A stretch of DNA of 64,000 nucleotides from Candidatus Limnocylindrales bacterium (lineage in GTDB: Bacteria > Chloroflexota > Limnocylindria > Limnocylindrales > CSP1-4): the NCBI GenBank assembly GCA_035764655.1, contig DASTYU010000043.1, positions 4,489 through 68,488 on the forward strand. The letters run 5' to 3'. Position numbers and translations under genes: made by a program. The notes under the pieces are model-generated. The model searched no databases. It worked only from the letters and a program-made list of their open reading frames with translations, and had not been told where the DNA came from. The first letter of the stretch is position 1. The number at the start of each line of letters is the position of its first letter. Positions 1 to 9,567 of the stretch are shown here, piece after piece.

Positions 1-305
1 TTTGGCGGAGGCGCGGTTGCCTCCGGGACCGCGCCCGGGACAACGGTCGCCGCCGGGCCGGAGTTCGGCGGACCGCTGGCCGGAACGTCCCCGCCGCCGG
101 CGATCTCGTGGGTCGGCGTCGACGCGGCCGAATCGGGCTGCTGCGGCCCGGAACCATCGGTCGACAGGGCCGCAGCCAACGGTCCCGTCGCCGGTTGTCG
201 GGGCCACGACGCGACTGCGACCGTCCCGACGAAGGCGATCGTCGCGATGAGCAGGGCAGTGACGGATCGGCGGCGAGGGCGAGCCGCCGGCGTGCGCGGG
301 GTCAT
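1..305 (-). CDS. Partial gene (N-terminus in window, runs off the left edge): signal-peptide / Pro-Ala-Gly-rich secreted or membrane protein
   Basis: Reverse frame open from ATG at 305..303 to position 3 with no stop. Not in the ORF track because it is edge-partial. N-terminus MTPRTPAARPRRRSVTALLIATIAFVGTVAVASW looks like a signal peptide and GC3 is high. Its ATG overlaps the TGA of the spurious 302..2194 antisense ORF. Confidence 0.35.
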   Translation of the reverse strand, partial: MTPRTPAARPRRRSVTALLIATIAFVGTVAVASWPRQPATGPLAAALSTDGSGPQQPDSAASTPTHEIAGGGDVPASGPPNSGPAATVVPGAVPEATAPPP

Positions 306-343
306 GAGGCTCCGAACGATAGCGCCTCTCGGTCCTCGCTACC

Positions 344-1564
344 ATGCGACGGATGGACCCCAGCGCCCCTGGACTGCTTCGCGCCATCGGGTTGCTCGCC
401 GACGGCCCGGTTCCGTGGGGCCGGCCGGTTCCGGCCGTCGGCTCGGGCGTGTTCCTGGTCGAGCTGCCCGGTCCCCTGCCGTCGGCACCGCTCGAACTGA
501 CCCGGGTGGGCAAGTGGCTCGAACGCGTCGAGAGCCTCCGGATGGACGGTGGACGCCCCACATCGCGCGCCCTGGCGGCGCGGCTGGCAGCGTTCTGGCT
601 GCCGTCGCAGGTCGTGCTGTACGTGGGTGCCACGCCGACGTCGATCGCGAACCGGGTGCGTGCGCTGCGCGAGACGCCGCTGGGCGAGCGCCGGCCGCAT
701 CCCGGCGGGCACTGGCTCCAGGCGCTGAGCGGGCTGGAGCGGGCGCGAATCTGGTGGGCGGCTACGGATGCGGTGGAGGAGTACGAGGACGCCCTGCTCG
801 CGGCCTTCGGCGAGGGTGTTCCCGCGGCCGAACGCTCGGCCTTGCCCGACACGGAGGTCGTGCTGCCGTTCGCCAACCTGCGCACGCCGACAGGCGCTCG
901 AAAGCAGACCGGGCTGACCGGCTCGATCCGCGCCGAGCCCACCGCACCGACGCCGCCGACGCGGGTCGTGCAGCTGCCTGATGGCGACGCCGACGGAGCG
1001 CGTGGCGAACCCCCCGCACACACGACGCGTGCGGCTCCCAAGCCCTCGGCGTCTCGGCGGACCGGCGCGGCCGTCGCACCGAAGGTGGAAGCGACCCGTC
1101 GCACCCTCGAGCAGGTCCGGCTCACGACCGATGGCGCCGCCCGGTTGCAGGAGGAGCTGCGGGTGCTCACCGAGGAGCGCCGCCCGGAGGTCGTCGCCCG
1201 GATCCGGGCGGCAAAGGAGCTCGGCGACCTGAAGGAGAATGCCGACTACCACGCGGCGCGTGAGGAGCAGGGCTTCCTGGAGGGGCGGATCCAGACGATC
1301 GAGGCGCTGCTGCGCGGGGCCGAGGTGGTCGCGGCGCCGACGGCCGGCGGCTCCATCGGCCTCGGCTCGACGGTCACCGTCGAAGCCGACGGCGACGAGG
1401 TCACGTACGTCCTGGTGGGAACGTCCGAAGCGAACCCGAACGACGGTCGGATCTCGGTGGCGTCGCCCGTCGGCAAGGCACTGCTCGGGCGCGGCGCGGG
1501 CGACGAGGTCGTGGTGCGCACGCCGCAGGGCGAGGCCCGTTACCGGGTCGTCTCGGTGGGCTAG
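344..1564 (+). CDS. greA: Transcription elongation factor GreA; conserved GreA core is about 1084..1564 (a GTG at 1084 gives a 160-aa product). The open frame continues upstream through a GIY-YIG-like region with no intervening stop.
   Basis: The C-terminal 150 aa carry typical GreA motifs (LTxxGxxxLxxEL...[26 protein letters not shown]...GSxVxV...VYxxVG). Upstream in the same frame is a [20 protein letters not shown] plus H/E/N pattern reminiscent of a GIY-YIG domain, then a Pro/Ala-rich linker. GC3 is high throughout. Confidence 0.7.
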   Translation: MRRMDPSAPGLLRAIGLLADGPVPWGRPVPAVGSGVFLVELPGPLPSAPLELTRVGKWLERVESLRMDGGRPTSRALAARLAAFWLPSQVVLYVGATPTSIANRVRALRETPLGERRPHPGGHWLQALSGLERARIWWAATDAVEEYEDALLAAFGEGVPAAERSALPDTEVVLPFANLRTPTGARKQTGLTGSIRAEPTAPTPPTRVVQLPDGDADGARGEPPAHTTRAAPKPSASRRTGAAVAPKVEATRRTLEQVRLTTDGAARLQEELRVLTEERRPEVVARIRAAKELGDLKENADYHAAREEQGFLEGRIQTIEALLRGAEVVAAPTAGGSIGLGSTVTVEADGDEVTYVLVGTSEANPNDGRISVASPVGKALLGRGAGDEVVVRTPQGEARYRVVSVG

Positions 1565-1755
1565 GTACGCGGCCCACTTTTGCCGCCCCGCGGCAGCAGA
1601 GACGAAGGAGCACAGGCTCACGTGTCCAACCTGCCGTGCCTCGGCAGAAACGCCCCGCGGGGATGCATTCCTGCCGTGGGGCGCTACAGATCGACGGTTC
1701 GAGACCCTCGGTTCATCACTGCTGCCGCCCCACGACAGGAGCGCGCGGCCAGTCT

Positions 1756-2298
1756 TTACGACGCGTCGGGACGCCGGCGCACCACGAGGCTGCCTACGAC
1801 GAGGATCGCGCCAAGCCCGATCAACAGGATCGGCAGCAGGCCTTCCAGCGGCGGCCCATCGCTGGACAGCCCGATCACGCCTTCGAAGAACAGCGCGAAC
1901 CCGATGAACAACGCCAGGCCGACGCCGGCCACGCGAAGCCCGTCCCTTCGGAGGTCCTGCCGCCCGGTGAACGTCCCGTGGAGGAACATGCCGACCCCGA
2001 CCGAGCCGGGTGCCACGAGCGCCCAGGCGTACGCCCAGGACGCATACAGGCCCGTGGCCTCCTGGACGGCCAGGACGAGCCCAACGGTCGTGACGATCGA
2101 GCCGGCGATCGCCAGGCCCACGCCGGCATCGCCGCCTGCGGCGAATGAGGCGCCGAACAGCACGAGTCCCGGAATGATGATGAACAGCGGCCACGCGGCG
2201 TCGAGCGAGAAGCCGGTGACGTTGCCCAACAGGAACGCGCCACCGACGAGGATGAGGATGGCGCCAAGGACCATGGCGCTGCGACGCTCGTCCGTCAT
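1756..2298 (-). CDS. Integral membrane protein (two-fold internal repeat of TM helices), last gene of the HK-REC-NarL cluster
   Basis: Hydrophobic 180-aa ORF 16 bp downstream of the NarL-type regulator. Its composition is unlike the Arg-rich antisense ORFs. Confidence 0.6.
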   Translation of the reverse strand: MTDERRSAMVLGAILILVGGAFLLGNVTGFSLDAAWPLFIIIPGLVLFGASFAAGGDAGVGLAIAGSIVTTVGLVLAVQEATGLYASWAYAWALVAPGSVGVGMFLHGTFTGRQDLRRDGLRVAGVGLALFIGFALFFEGVIGLSSDGPPLEGLLPILLIGLGAILVVGSLVVRRRPDAS

Positions 2299-2314
2299 GT
2301 GACGAGCATGCCGT

Positions 2315-2968
2315 CTACTCGGTGAGCTTGTGCTCGACGGCGTAGAGCGCCGCCTGCGTCCGCGACTGCAACCCGAGCTTGCCGAGGATGTTCGACACGT
2401 AGGTCCGAGCAGTGCGTTCGGTGATGAACAGCGCCGTGCCGATCTCCTTGTTGCTCATGCCCTGGCCGAGCAGCCGGAGGACGTCCTTCTCGCGGTCGGT
2501 CAGGGGCTCGACGAGCTCCTCGTCCGGCGACTTCTTCGTGCGCATGCGCTGCGCGAGCAGCCGGGCCACGGCCGGATCCAGGTGGACCTCACCGGCATAG
2601 GCGGCGCGAACGGCGGCGGCGACCTCCTCGGCCTCGGCGTCCTTGAGCACGTAACCCGAAGCACCGGCCTCGAGCGCCGAGGTCACCTTCTCCTCCTCGA
2701 TGAACGAGGTCATGGTCACGATCTCGGTCTCGGTCCGCTCGGCCTTGATGCGGGAGATCGCGGTGATGCCGTCCATGTTCGGCATCAGCAGGTCCATCAG
2801 GACCACGTCCGGCTCGAGCCGGCGCGCCATCGCCACGCCTTCCGAGCCGTCCGACGCCTCGCCCACCACTTCGATGTCGTCCTGCAGATCGAAAAACGTC
2901 CTCAGGCCGGTGCGGACGACCGCGTGGTCGTCGACGAGCAGCACGCGAATCTTGGAGCGTTCGTCCAC
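2315..2968 (-). CDS. Two-component response regulator, NarL/LuxR family (REC + HTH_LuxR)
   Basis: VLLVDDHAVVRTGL...DVVLMDLLMPNMDG receiver and C-terminal LTDREKDVLRLLGQGMSNKEIGTALFITERTARTYVSNILGKLG HTH. GTG start with AGGAGAA RBS. Confidence 0.9.
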   Translation of the reverse strand: MDERSKIRVLLVDDHAVVRTGLRTFFDLQDDIEVVGEASDGSEGVAMARRLEPDVVLMDLLMPNMDGITAISRIKAERTETEIVTMTSFIEEEKVTSALEAGASGYVLKDAEAEEVAAAVRAAYAGEVHLDPAVARLLAQRMRTKKSPDEELVEPLTDREKDVLRLLGQGMSNKEIGTALFITERTARTYVSNILGKLGLQSRTQAALYAVEHKLTE

Positions 2969-3062
2969 GAGTTCTCCTGCGGCGGCGCCGCGTTGCGCGA
3001 GGAGGTGAGCCGGGGGGCGTGACGGTCAAGCGCGATTCTAGCAAAGGCACGCCGCACTGGCG

Positions 3063-3470
3063 TCAGTGTGGCGGCGTGCCTCCGGCCGCCTGGATCGCGG
3101 CGAACAGCTCGCTGGGTCGGAACGTCTTGCGCACGAATGCGTCGGCGCCGCACGACGCGAGCCCGTTGTCGAGGGAGTCCGACCAACTCATCACGACGAT
3201 ACGAACGCCCGGAGCGGCCATCCGCAGGCTGCCGACGAGCCCGAGCCCGCGATCGACGTCGGGGAGGCGTGGATCGAGCATCACGATGTCGGGGTTGGTG
3301 GAGGAAACAAGGTCGAGCGCCGCGCCAGGGTCACCGGCCGTCCCGACAACGACCACATGGCCACCGATGGCGAGCAGGCCGGCCAGACTCTCCCTGACCC
3401 GCTCGTCGGCGTCGACGACCAGGACACGGATCGGCGCATGCCCGTCGGGGGCCGGTTCGTGCATACGCAA
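3063..3470 (-). CDS. Single-domain receiver (CheY-like) response regulator
   Basis: IRVLVVDADERVRESL...DIVMLDPRLPDVDG...RIVVMS receiver motifs with no output domain. Confidence 0.8.
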   Translation of the reverse strand: MRMHEPAPDGHAPIRVLVVDADERVRESLAGLLAIGGHVVVVGTAGDPGAALDLVSSTNPDIVMLDPRLPDVDRGLGLVGSLRMAAPGVRIVVMSWSDSLDNGLASCGADAFVRKTFRPSELFAAIQAAGGTPPH

Positions 3471-3570
3471 CTATCGTCGGGCGGCGGGCTTTTGCCTGCG
3501 ATGGACCAAAGGCATCGCCGCCGTACGTCATTCCGCCGAGCGCAACTACGACGAGCCGCGCAACGGGAAG

Positions 3571-6500
3571 TCAGCGCACGCTGGGCGTCGGCGCGGTGGG
3601 CAGGCTCGACGCGGGGAAGCGCTCAATCACCTCATCGGGCACGACGACCTCGATCGTCGTTCCGCGACCGGGCTCGCTGCGGCACTCGAGCTGGGCGCCG
3701 ATTTTGGCCGCCCGCGCGCGCATTCCGGCGATGCCGAGGTGGCTGTCGGGTACGGCCTCGGGATCGAAGCCCTTGCCATCGTCCTCGATCCACAGGCGGA
3801 CGCCGGACCGCGCGCGCTCGAGCGCGATGCGGACCTGGCGGGCCGCGGCGTGTTTCACGACGTTGTGGAGCGCCTCCTGGGAGATGCGGTAAAGCGTCTC
3901 CTCGACCTCGAGCGGCAGCCGATCGTCGACATCGGACTCGACCACGATCGGCAGGCCGATGCGTCCCTGCAGCGCCGCGCTGTGGGTGCGCAGCGCACGA
4001 ACGAGGCCGTCCTGCTCCACGTTGCCGGGGCGCAGCTCGAAGATCAGCGCACGCATCTCGGCGAGCGCCTCGCGCTGGAGATCGCGCAGCTGGGCAAGCT
4101 GGGTCCGGGCCGCCTCCGGGTCGCGCTCGAGCAGCAGTTCGACGCTGCGCGCGACGAGCGTCATGGAGAACAGGGCCTGCGTCACCGAATCGTGCAGCTC
4201 GCGCGCGAGATGGGAACGCTCCTCGCTCGACGCGAGCTCGCCGGCCTGGCGGCGCAGCTCGCGCTCCAAACGCTCGCGCTCGCTGATGTCGCGCACGGTC
4301 CCCTGCCCGCCGACGAAGCGGCCGTTTTCGGTGAGGCCGATCGCGGCGATCTCCGAGCGGAAGGTCGAGCCGTCCCGCCGGCGCAGGACGTAGTTCACGT
4401 GCTGGGTCACGTCGGGCTCGCGGGCCAGCTGCTCCCAGTTGGCGATCGCCTCGGGCATCGACTCATCGAGGGTCAGGAACCCGAAGTGCTTGCCCACGAT
4501 CTCCTCGGCCGTCCAGCCGAACAAGTCGACCGCGCCATCCGCGACGAAGGTGAACCGGCCCGACGCATCCGCGCGCCAGATGACGTCCGGTGTCGTCTGC
4601 ACGATCTGGCGGAAGCGCGCCTCCGATTCGCGCAACTCGCGCTCGAGGCGGTCGGTCTCCGTCATGTCGCGGACCGACCCGTTCACGCCGGCGAACTTGC
4701 CGTCGGCGTCGAGCGTGGCCATCGCCGTGAACTCGGCCGGCAGGGCGCTGCCGTCACGGCGCAGCAGGTTTACCCGTCCGCGGACCTCCTGGGACGGGCT
4801 GGTGAACGTGGCGACCCAGTCGAGCTCGGCGACCTCCTGCGACGAGGAATGCACCAGCGCGCCGAAGTGGCGCCCGAGCAGCTCGTGGGGCGTCCAGCCG
4901 GTCAGCCGCTCGCACGTGTCCGAGAGGAACGTGAACGTCGCGTCCGAACCGATCGACCAGATCATGTCCGGCGAGTTCTGGACCAGGTGGCGATAGCGTC
5001 GCTCCGAATCGGTGAGGCGCTCGAGCAGTCCCGCGTTGGTAATCGCGATCGCAGCCTGGTCCGCGAGCCCCTGCAGCAAGTCGAGCTCCTCGGGGTCGAA
5101 CGAGCGCGGCTGGGCATAGGACACGGCCAGCGTCCCGATCACGCCCTCCGACTGCGAGCGGAGTGGCGCGGCGGCCATGCCGCGCAGCCCGAGCCGGTTC
5201 GCGGTCGCGATGTCGTCCTGCTCGAGCGGGATGCGCCCGTCGGTCAGGTAGTCCGCGGTCCAGACCGGTGCTGCGTCGCGGGCCGCGAGCCCGTTGATCC
5301 CTTCGCCCAACGGGAAGCGCTGGGTCTTGACCCAATCCGCCATTCGCTCGTCGCCACCCGCGACGACCACGGGGATCAGGGCGCGGCCGTCCTCGTCGAG
5401 GCGCGTGAGGTGCGCGCCGTCCGACGCCAGCAGGCGTTTCGCCTCCTCGACGACGCGTTCCAGCACCTCGCCCGGGTCGCGCAGCGAGGCGATTCGTGCC
5501 GCGATGTCGCGCAGCGTTCGCTCGCGCTCCGCACGGTGCTCGATCTCGGCGCGCGACCGGGCCAGCTCGGCGATGAGCCGCGCGTTGGTGATCGCCACCG
5601 CTGCCTGGTCCGCAAGGCCGCCGAGCACCGCCGCATCGATCTGGTCGAACTGGGCAGGCTTGCGGCGGAACACCTCGATGGTGCCAAGCGGCCCGTCCTC
5701 GCCCACGATGGGCGCCGCGATCAGCGAGCGGATGCTGCTCGCCTTTGCCAGCGCGTCGTTCGCGGGGGTGTGGACGAACTCGTCCGAGCTCAGGTAGTCG
5801 TCGATCACGATGACGCGCCGCTCGCTGATCGCCTTGCCTGACACGCCCTCACCGAGCTTGCCGGCCGTGTCCTGGACGTCGCGCCGCTGCCGCTCGGGCA
5901 GGCCGGCGTCGAAGGCGTACTCGAGGGTCTGCGTCGTCGCGTCGTACAGCTCGAGCAGCGCCCCATCCGCGCGCAGGAGGCGCGCGGACTCCTCCACGAC
6001 GTGCTGGAGCAGGTCGCCCGGCTCCCGGATCGCGGTGATCCGGGTGGCGATCTCGCGCAATGCCTGTTCGGAGCCAGCACGCCGCTCGATGACGGCCTGC
6101 GAGCCTTCCAGCGCCTGCATCAGACGGGCGTTGACGAGGGCGATCGACGCCTGCGTCGCGAGCGCGCTGAGCAGTTCCGCATCGACCTCGCGGTACACGC
6201 CGGGGGTGCGCGACACGACCGAGATCACGCCGATCGAACCCTCTTCGCCAGGAAGCGGTGCGGCCAGGACCGCCCGGATGCCCGCGTTCGCGACGAACGC
6301 GGTGATGCCCTCGGTGGTCTCGAAACGGTCGTCGGTCGCGTAGTCCTGGGCGATCACCGGCCGCTGCTCCGCGAAGGCGAGGCCGGCCACCCCCTGGCGC
6401 GGCTTGAGCCCGCTCTCGACGGCCCAATCCGGAACGGCCTTCATGGCGTCGCCCGCGGCGTAACCCCAGCGCAGGATGTCGCGCTCCGCGTCATACAGAT

Positions 6501-8352
6501 CGATCCGCGCGCCGTCCGAGTCGAGCAGGCGCGCCGCCTCGTCCACGATCCGCTGGAGCACCTCCCCGGGCTCGAGGATCGCCGACACCCTGGCGGCGAT
6601 CTCGCGCAGCGTGCGCTCCGAGTCGGCCCGCTTCGCAACTTCCTCGCGCGATCGCTCCAGTTCGTCGATGAGGCGCGCGTTCATGATCGTCACGGCGCCC
6701 TGGTCGGCCAGCGCGCCCAGCAGTGCCGCGTCTTCAGGGCCGAATGCGCCGACCGGATCGGCGTACACGGTCAGGACGCCGAGCACTTCGTCGTCGCGGA
6801 CCAACGGCGCGGAGATGACCGAGCGAACGCCGACCTCGCGGACGAACTGGTCGCGCTCCGACGTGTGCTCGAAGCGTTCATCGACCAGGTAGTCATCGCT
6901 CCACTCGACCTCGCGCGTGCGCAGCGCGAGCCCGGACACGCCGGCGTCCTCCTGCAGCCCGCCCTGCTCGAGCAGCTGCACGCGCTCGCCGACGCTCGAC
7001 ACGCCCTCGGACAGGTGGACCCAGGCGTCGTTGAGCGAGCCCGAGCCGCCGGTCAGGTTGATCATCGCGCCGCTGCCCCGCAGCAGCCGCGCGGCCTCCT
7101 CGTTGATGACCTTGAGGATCTCGTCCTGGTCGCGCATCGCCGTCATGCGGGCCGCGATCTCGCGCAGCGCCCGCTCCGCCTCGGCGGCGCGCGCCTGCTC
7201 GCCGCGTGAACGGGCGAGCTCCTCGATGAGGCGCGCATTGGTGATCGCGATCGCGGCCTGGCTCGCGAGGATCTGGATGAGCTGCCCGTCGTCGGCATCG
7301 AAGGCGTTCGGACGGCGCGAATACACCTCGAGGACGCCCAGCCGGCCGGCGTCGCCGGCGATCGGGGCGGCGATCATCGAACGGAACCCGGTGCGCCCAA
7401 AGAACAGGTCAGACTGGGCGGAGGCGGGAAACTCGTCGACCAGGTTGTCGCCCGCGACGATGACCCGGTTTTCGGCAAGCGCGCGACCGGTCGCGCCCAC
7501 CCCCAGCTCGATCCACAGCTCGGCGCGCTCCTCGGCCGAGAACAGCAGCGACAGGCCCGAGTCGAACGCCCAGTGGAGGACGTCCGTCGCGGGGTCCAGG
7601 ACGTCGAGGATCGCGCCGTCGGCGTGGATCAGGCGGCTGGCCTCGTCGACCGTGCGCTGCAGCACGGCGTCGAGATCGCTCGCGCTGCTGATACGCGCGG
7701 CGATCTCGCGCAGGCTGCGCTCGATCTCGGCGCGCTGGGCCAGCTCACGGCGCGAGCGGTCCAGGTCGGCGATCAACCGGGCGTTGGCGATCGCCGCGGC
7801 GGCATGGTCCGCGAGCGCGCGGACCAGCGCGATCTGGGCGGGGTCGAAGGCGCCGGTCCGATTCGAGAACGCGCCGAGCGCCCCGAAGACCTCCTCGCCG
7901 CTGACCAGTGGCGCGACGACCATCGAGCGAATCCCGCTGTCGGCCACCATCCGGTCGGCATCGGGCGCGTGGTCGAAGGCATCGTCAGTCGCGTAATCGT
8001 CGGTCTTGACCACGCTCCGTTCGGCGACGGCCCGGCCGAACATCCCGAGCCCGATGGGCAGCTCGATCCGGCGCACCAGGCGGCGGCTCTCCTCGCTCTC
8101 GATGCCCGCGTCGAAGGCAAAGCGGAGGATGTCGGTTCCAGGGTCGAGCAGGTACACCATCGCCCCGTCCGCATCGAGCAGGCGGGCCGCCTCGTCGACG
8201 GCACCGATCAGGAGCGCGTCGACGGCTGGTCCGTAGGCGGACGGGGTCGTGCCGTTCGTCTTTGTTTCGGCAGGCACGCGTCGGGCCGACGTCGGGATGA
8301 CCGGCGCGGCCGCGGCCACAGTGGTATCGGGAGTGCGTTTCCGGGCTGGCAC
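3571..8352 (-). CDS. Multi-sensor histidine kinase: 6 tandem GAF domains + 2 PAS domains + HisKA_3/HATPase_c (NarX-type kinase core)
   Basis: Six repeats each ending ...NARLIxELxRSRxE...ER.LREIAARI; PAS motifs (RYRHLVQNSPDMIW, RFRQIVQTTPDVIW); H-box LARELHDSVTQAL; ATP-lid DDGKGFD...GxAGMRxRA. 1593 aa. Confidence 0.9.
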   Translation of the reverse strand: MPARKRTPDTTVAAAAPVIPTSARRVPAETKTNGTTPSAYGPAVDALLIGAVDEAARLLDADGAMVYLLDPGTDILRFAFDAGIESEESRRLVRRIELPIGLGMFGRAVAERSVVKTDDYATDDAFDHAPDADRMVADSGIRSMVVAPLVSGEEVFGALGAFSNRTGAFDPAQIALVRALADHAAAAIANARLIADLDRSRRELAQRAEIERSLREIAARISSASDLDAVLQRTVDEASRLIHADGAILDVLDPATDVLHWAFDSGLSLLFSAEERAELWIELGVGATGRALAENRVIVAGDNLVDEFPASAQSDLFFGRTGFRSMIAAPIAGDAGRLGVLEVYSRRPNAFDADDGQLIQILASQAAIAITNARLIEELARSRGEQARAAEAERALREIAARMTAMRDQDEILKVINEEAARLLRGSGAMINLTGGSGSLNDAWVHLSEGVSSVGERVQLLEQGGLQEDAGVSGLALRTREVEWSDDYLVDERFEHTSERDQFVREVGVRSVISAPLVRDDEVLGVLTVYADPVGAFGPEDAALLGALADQGAVTIMNARLIDELERSREEVAKRADSERTLREIAARVSAILEPGEVLQRIVDEAARLLDSDGARIDLYDAERDILRWGYAAGDAMKAVPDWAVESGLKPRQGVAGLAFAEQRPVIAQDYATDDRFETTEGITAFVANAGIRAVLAAPLPGEEGSIGVISVVSRTPGVYREVDAELLSALATQASIALVNARLMQALEGSQAVIERRAGSEQALREIATRITAIREPGDLLQHVVEESARLLRADGALLELYDATTQTLEYAFDAGLPERQRRDVQDTAGKLGEGVSGKAISERRVIVIDDYLSSDEFVHTPANDALAKASSIRSLIAAPIVGEDGPLGTIEVFRRKPAQFDQIDAAVLGGLADQAAVAITNARLIAELARSRAEIEHRAERERTLRDIAARIASLRDPGEVLERVVEEAKRLLASDGAHLTRLDEDGRALIPVVVAGGDERMADWVKTQRFPLGEGINGLAARDAAPVWTADYLTDGRIPLEQDDIATANRLGLRGMAAAPLRSQSEGVIGTLAVSYAQPRSFDPEELDLLQGLADQAAIAITNAGLLERLTDSERRYRHLVQNSPDMIWSIGSDATFTFLSDTCERLTGWTPHELLGRHFGALVHSSSQEVAELDWVATFTSPSQEVRGRVNLLRRDGSALPAEFTAMATLDADGKFAGVNGSVRDMTETDRLERELRESEARFRQIVQTTPDVIWRADASGRFTFVADGAVDLFGWTAEEIVGKHFGFLTLDESMPEAIANWEQLAREPDVTQHVNYVLRRRDGSTFRSEIAAIGLTENGRFVGGQGTVRDISERERLERELRRQAGELASSEERSHLARELHDSVTQALFSMTLVARSVELLLERDPEAARTQLAQLRDLQREALAEMRALIFELRPGNVEQDGLVRALRTHSAALQGRIGLPIVVESDVDDRLPLEVEETLYRISQEALHNVVKHAAARQVRIALERARSGVRLWIEDDGKGFDPEAVPDSHLGIAGMRARAAKIGAQLECRSEPGRGTTIEVVVPDEVIERFPASSLPTAPTPSVR
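4980..7830. repeat. Intragenic tandem repeat array (about 6 units of roughly 550 bp) encoding the GAF units of the sensor kinase
   Basis: A recurrent DNA motif gcgcgttggtGatcgc...gcctggtccgcgag at about 5030, 5580, 6130, 6680, 7240 and 7790. The antisense strand shows periodic spurious ORFs (5294, 5810, 6476, 6917). Confidence 0.5.
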
Positions 8353-8593
8353 GTGCGGAGGATACGACGCATCGCCCAGCGCGGGGATCGCCGCCCGCCG
8401 GGGCCTTCTACGTCATCCGTCCAGCACGGCGGCCGCCTCCCGACGTGAAGCGTTGGGTGCACACGTCGTGGCGGGTGCGCCGACGCTTGCCGGGCGCAGC
8501 GGTGTGGCAGGCCCTCGACCATGGCCGCAGGACGCCGGAAGTCAGTCCGGCGCAGGCACCCTCGCCGTCATCCCACTGGAGGTCTCGTCCCAG

Positions 8594-9022
8594 ATGTTCG
8601 CTCGTCCAACCAGCCTCCGCGCCACCGACGTCGCCATCCGCATCGGAATCGTCGGCCTCGCGCTCGCGACCGGCTACATCCACTCCACCCTCGGCGGCCT
8701 GCTGTTCACGCTCAACGCGGTTGGGTACGTCGTGGGCGCCATCGCGATGGTCATCCCGCTCGCGCTCGCCGTCCGCTTCCGCTGGGCGATCCGTCTCGGC
8801 CTGATGGGCTACGCTGCCACCACGATCATCGGGTGGGCGATCCAGGGCCCGTACTACTCGACGGCCTACCTTGCCAAGGGTATCGAGGTCGCGCTCATCG
8901 TCCTGCTGGCCATCGACTTCGTGCGCATGGACGGCAACCCGGTCACGGTCGTCCGCCGCGAGCTGAGCTCGCTGTTCGCGCTCGTCACGCGCCGCAGCGG
9001 CCGGGTCGGCGCGGCCGCCTAG
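8594..9022 (+). CDS. Small integral membrane protein (4 predicted TM helices)
   Basis: Internal ATG of ORF 8249..9022 (codon 116), preceded by GGAGG. Hydrophobic segments VAIRIGIVGLALATGYI, AVGYVVGAIAMVIPLALAV, LGLMGYAATTIIGWAI, IEVALIVLLAIDFV. Confidence 0.5.
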   Translation: MFARPTSLRATDVAIRIGIVGLALATGYIHSTLGGLLFTLNAVGYVVGAIAMVIPLALAVRFRWAIRLGLMGYAATTIIGWAIQGPYYSTAYLAKGIEVALIVLLAIDFVRMDGNPVTVVRRELSSLFALVTRRSGRVGAAA

Positions 9023-9060
9023 AACCCGCACCCAGCAACGCAGAAGGAGCATCCATCCAC

Positions 9061-9438
9061 ATGAAGCGACTGACGCTGACCCTCGGGCTCGTCGCCCTGG
9101 CCGCGGTCCTCGCCGCATGCTCGGGCACCTCGGCGGCCCCGGCCACGCCGGCCGGCCCGGCCGATCCGGACGCCCCGGTCGTCACCGCCAAGGACCTCGC
9201 GTTCTCCCCGACCGAGGTCACCGTTCCGGCCGGCGCCCCGTTCCAGCTCGTGCTCGACAACCAGGAAAGCGCGCCGCACAACATCGCGATCTCGGACTCG
9301 ACGGGCGCAAGCGTCTTCAAGGGCGAGATCGTGACGAACCAGAAGGTGACCTACCAGGTCCCGGCGCTCGCAGCGGGTGCATACCCATTCATCTGCGAGG
9401 TCCATCCGGACATGAACGGCACCATCACGGCCGAGTAG
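9061..9438 (+). CDS. Cupredoxin-like (type-1 blue copper) lipoprotein
   Basis: Signal peptide with LAAC lipobox; copper ligands H (SAPHNIAI) and C-x2-H-x2-M (FICEVHPDM). AAGGAG RBS. Followed by an intrinsic-terminator hairpin. Confidence 0.75.
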   Translation: MKRLTLTLGLVALAAVLAACSGTSAAPATPAGPADPDAPVVTAKDLAFSPTEVTVPAGAPFQLVLDNQESAPHNIAISDSTGASVFKGEIVTNQKVTYQVPALAAGAYPFICEVHPDMNGTITAE

Positions 9439-9457
9439 CCTCCCTCGAACCGCGAAC

Positions 9458-9488
9458 GACCCCGGTCCCACGGACCGGGGTCGTTTGG
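9458..9488 (+). terminator. Rho-independent terminator-like hairpin after the cupredoxin gene
   Basis: Perfect 11-bp stem GACCCCGGTCC / GGACCGGGGTC with a 3-nt loop, followed by GTTTGG. Confidence 0.55.
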
Positions 9489-9567
9489 ATTCGTCGGCCC
9501 GGCTCTGCGGGTTCGGCGCGTTGCGGCGATCATGGGCCGTACAGCCCACGGGGGAGCAGCACTGCCC

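Noticed and set aside
1660-1740. tRNA-like GGTTCGAGACCC segment in the greA downstream region
   Set aside because: No 7-bp acceptor stem, D-arm or anticodon arm can be formed around it. It resembles a T-loop by chance only.
302-2194. 630-aa ORF on the minus strand
   Set aside because: It is antisense to the well-supported greA gene and out of frame with the membrane protein at 1756..2298. Its composition is extremely Arg/Gly-rich, typical of a shadow ORF in high-GC DNA.
3019-7996. Long plus-strand ORFs (3019..5841, 5810..6343, 6476..6892, 6917..7996)
   Set aside because: They are antisense to the GAF/PAS histidine kinase. Their periodicity only reflects the tandem GAF repeats. They are Ser/Arg/Ala-rich low-complexity translations.
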